Shown piece after piece: positions 63,764-64,000 of a stretch of DNA of 64,000 nt (its first letter is position 1; the number at the start of each line of letters is the position of its first letter). The translations under genes were made by a program, and so were the position numbers. The notes beneath the pieces were generated by a model. It was not told the DNA's origin and ran no database searches. It saw only the letters and a list, made by a program, of their open reading frames with translations. The stretch is taken from assembly GCA_963785725.1 (NCBI GenBank), contig CAWAWS010000002.1, positions 224,001 to 288,000 of the forward strand. The letters are read 5' to 3'. The stretch comes from an uncultured delta proteobacterium. Its GTDB lineage: Bacteria > Myxococcota_A > Polyangia > Palsa-1104.

Positions 63764-64000
63764 GTGAAACTCGAGTTTTCGGTGAGCGCCGACGAGAACG
63801 GCCTGACGCTGGCGGCGATCTTGCGGAAGCGGCTGGCCGGCCCAAAAGACGACGCGGTGGAAGTGCCGTGGTCGCGGGCGCGCATGTTGTGCACGAGCGG
63901 CAAAGTCACCGTCGACGGGCTGGCCGCGCTCGATCCGGCGGCGCGGATGAAGCGCGCGCAAAAAGTGGCCGTCGACGAGCGCGCGCCCAAGCCCAAGCCG
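63764..64000 (+). CDS. S4-domain protein, probably RluA-family pseudouridine synthase (N-terminal fragment)
   Basis: VKLEFSVSADENGLTLAAILRKRL...PWSRARMLCTSGKVTVDG...DPAARM....KV.V; runs off the window. Confidence 0.7.
   Translation, partial: MKLEFSVSADENGLTLAAILRKRLAGPKDDAVEVPWSRARMLCTSGKVTVDGLAALDPAARMKRAQKVAVDERAPKPKP

Overview
A very GC-rich, gene-dense bacterial chromosome segment. Gene content (TIGR02266-like/PEGA protein, AgmX-like C-terminal domain protein, CdnL/CarD, TonB-fused receptor, Cys-rich lipoproteins) suggests Myxococcota; this is an inference. About 57 CDS are supportable, mostly housekeeping and envelope genes: ileS-lspA-lspA-lgt-lgt, pabB-like, pgsA, nadB, purM-purN, slyD, ppk2, an orphan gspD, two GMC oxidoreductases and YyaL. 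I found no rRNA, tRNA, CRISPR array, transposase or integrase. Indels cluster at about 3.4-8.6 kb and 18-21 kb and break even the essential ileS, so they are most likely sequencing or assembly errors. The best candidate for a new system is a His/Cys-rich membrane-targeted upstream ORF ending APKSSPP, in front of a TonB-fused outer-membrane receptor and two lipoproteins; it may be a metal-sensing ribosome-arrest leader. Other notable items are an IleRS with KMSKS replaced by PYSKS plus an insertion, tandem lspA and lgt paralogues, apparently pervasive leaderless transcription, an 81-bp tandem REP-like array, a recurrent GTAAAC-N4-GTTTAC palindrome, a long structured cdnL leader, and a decayed polysaccharide island bounded by 17-bp direct repeats. 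All product calls come from recognising motifs by eye; no database searches were run.
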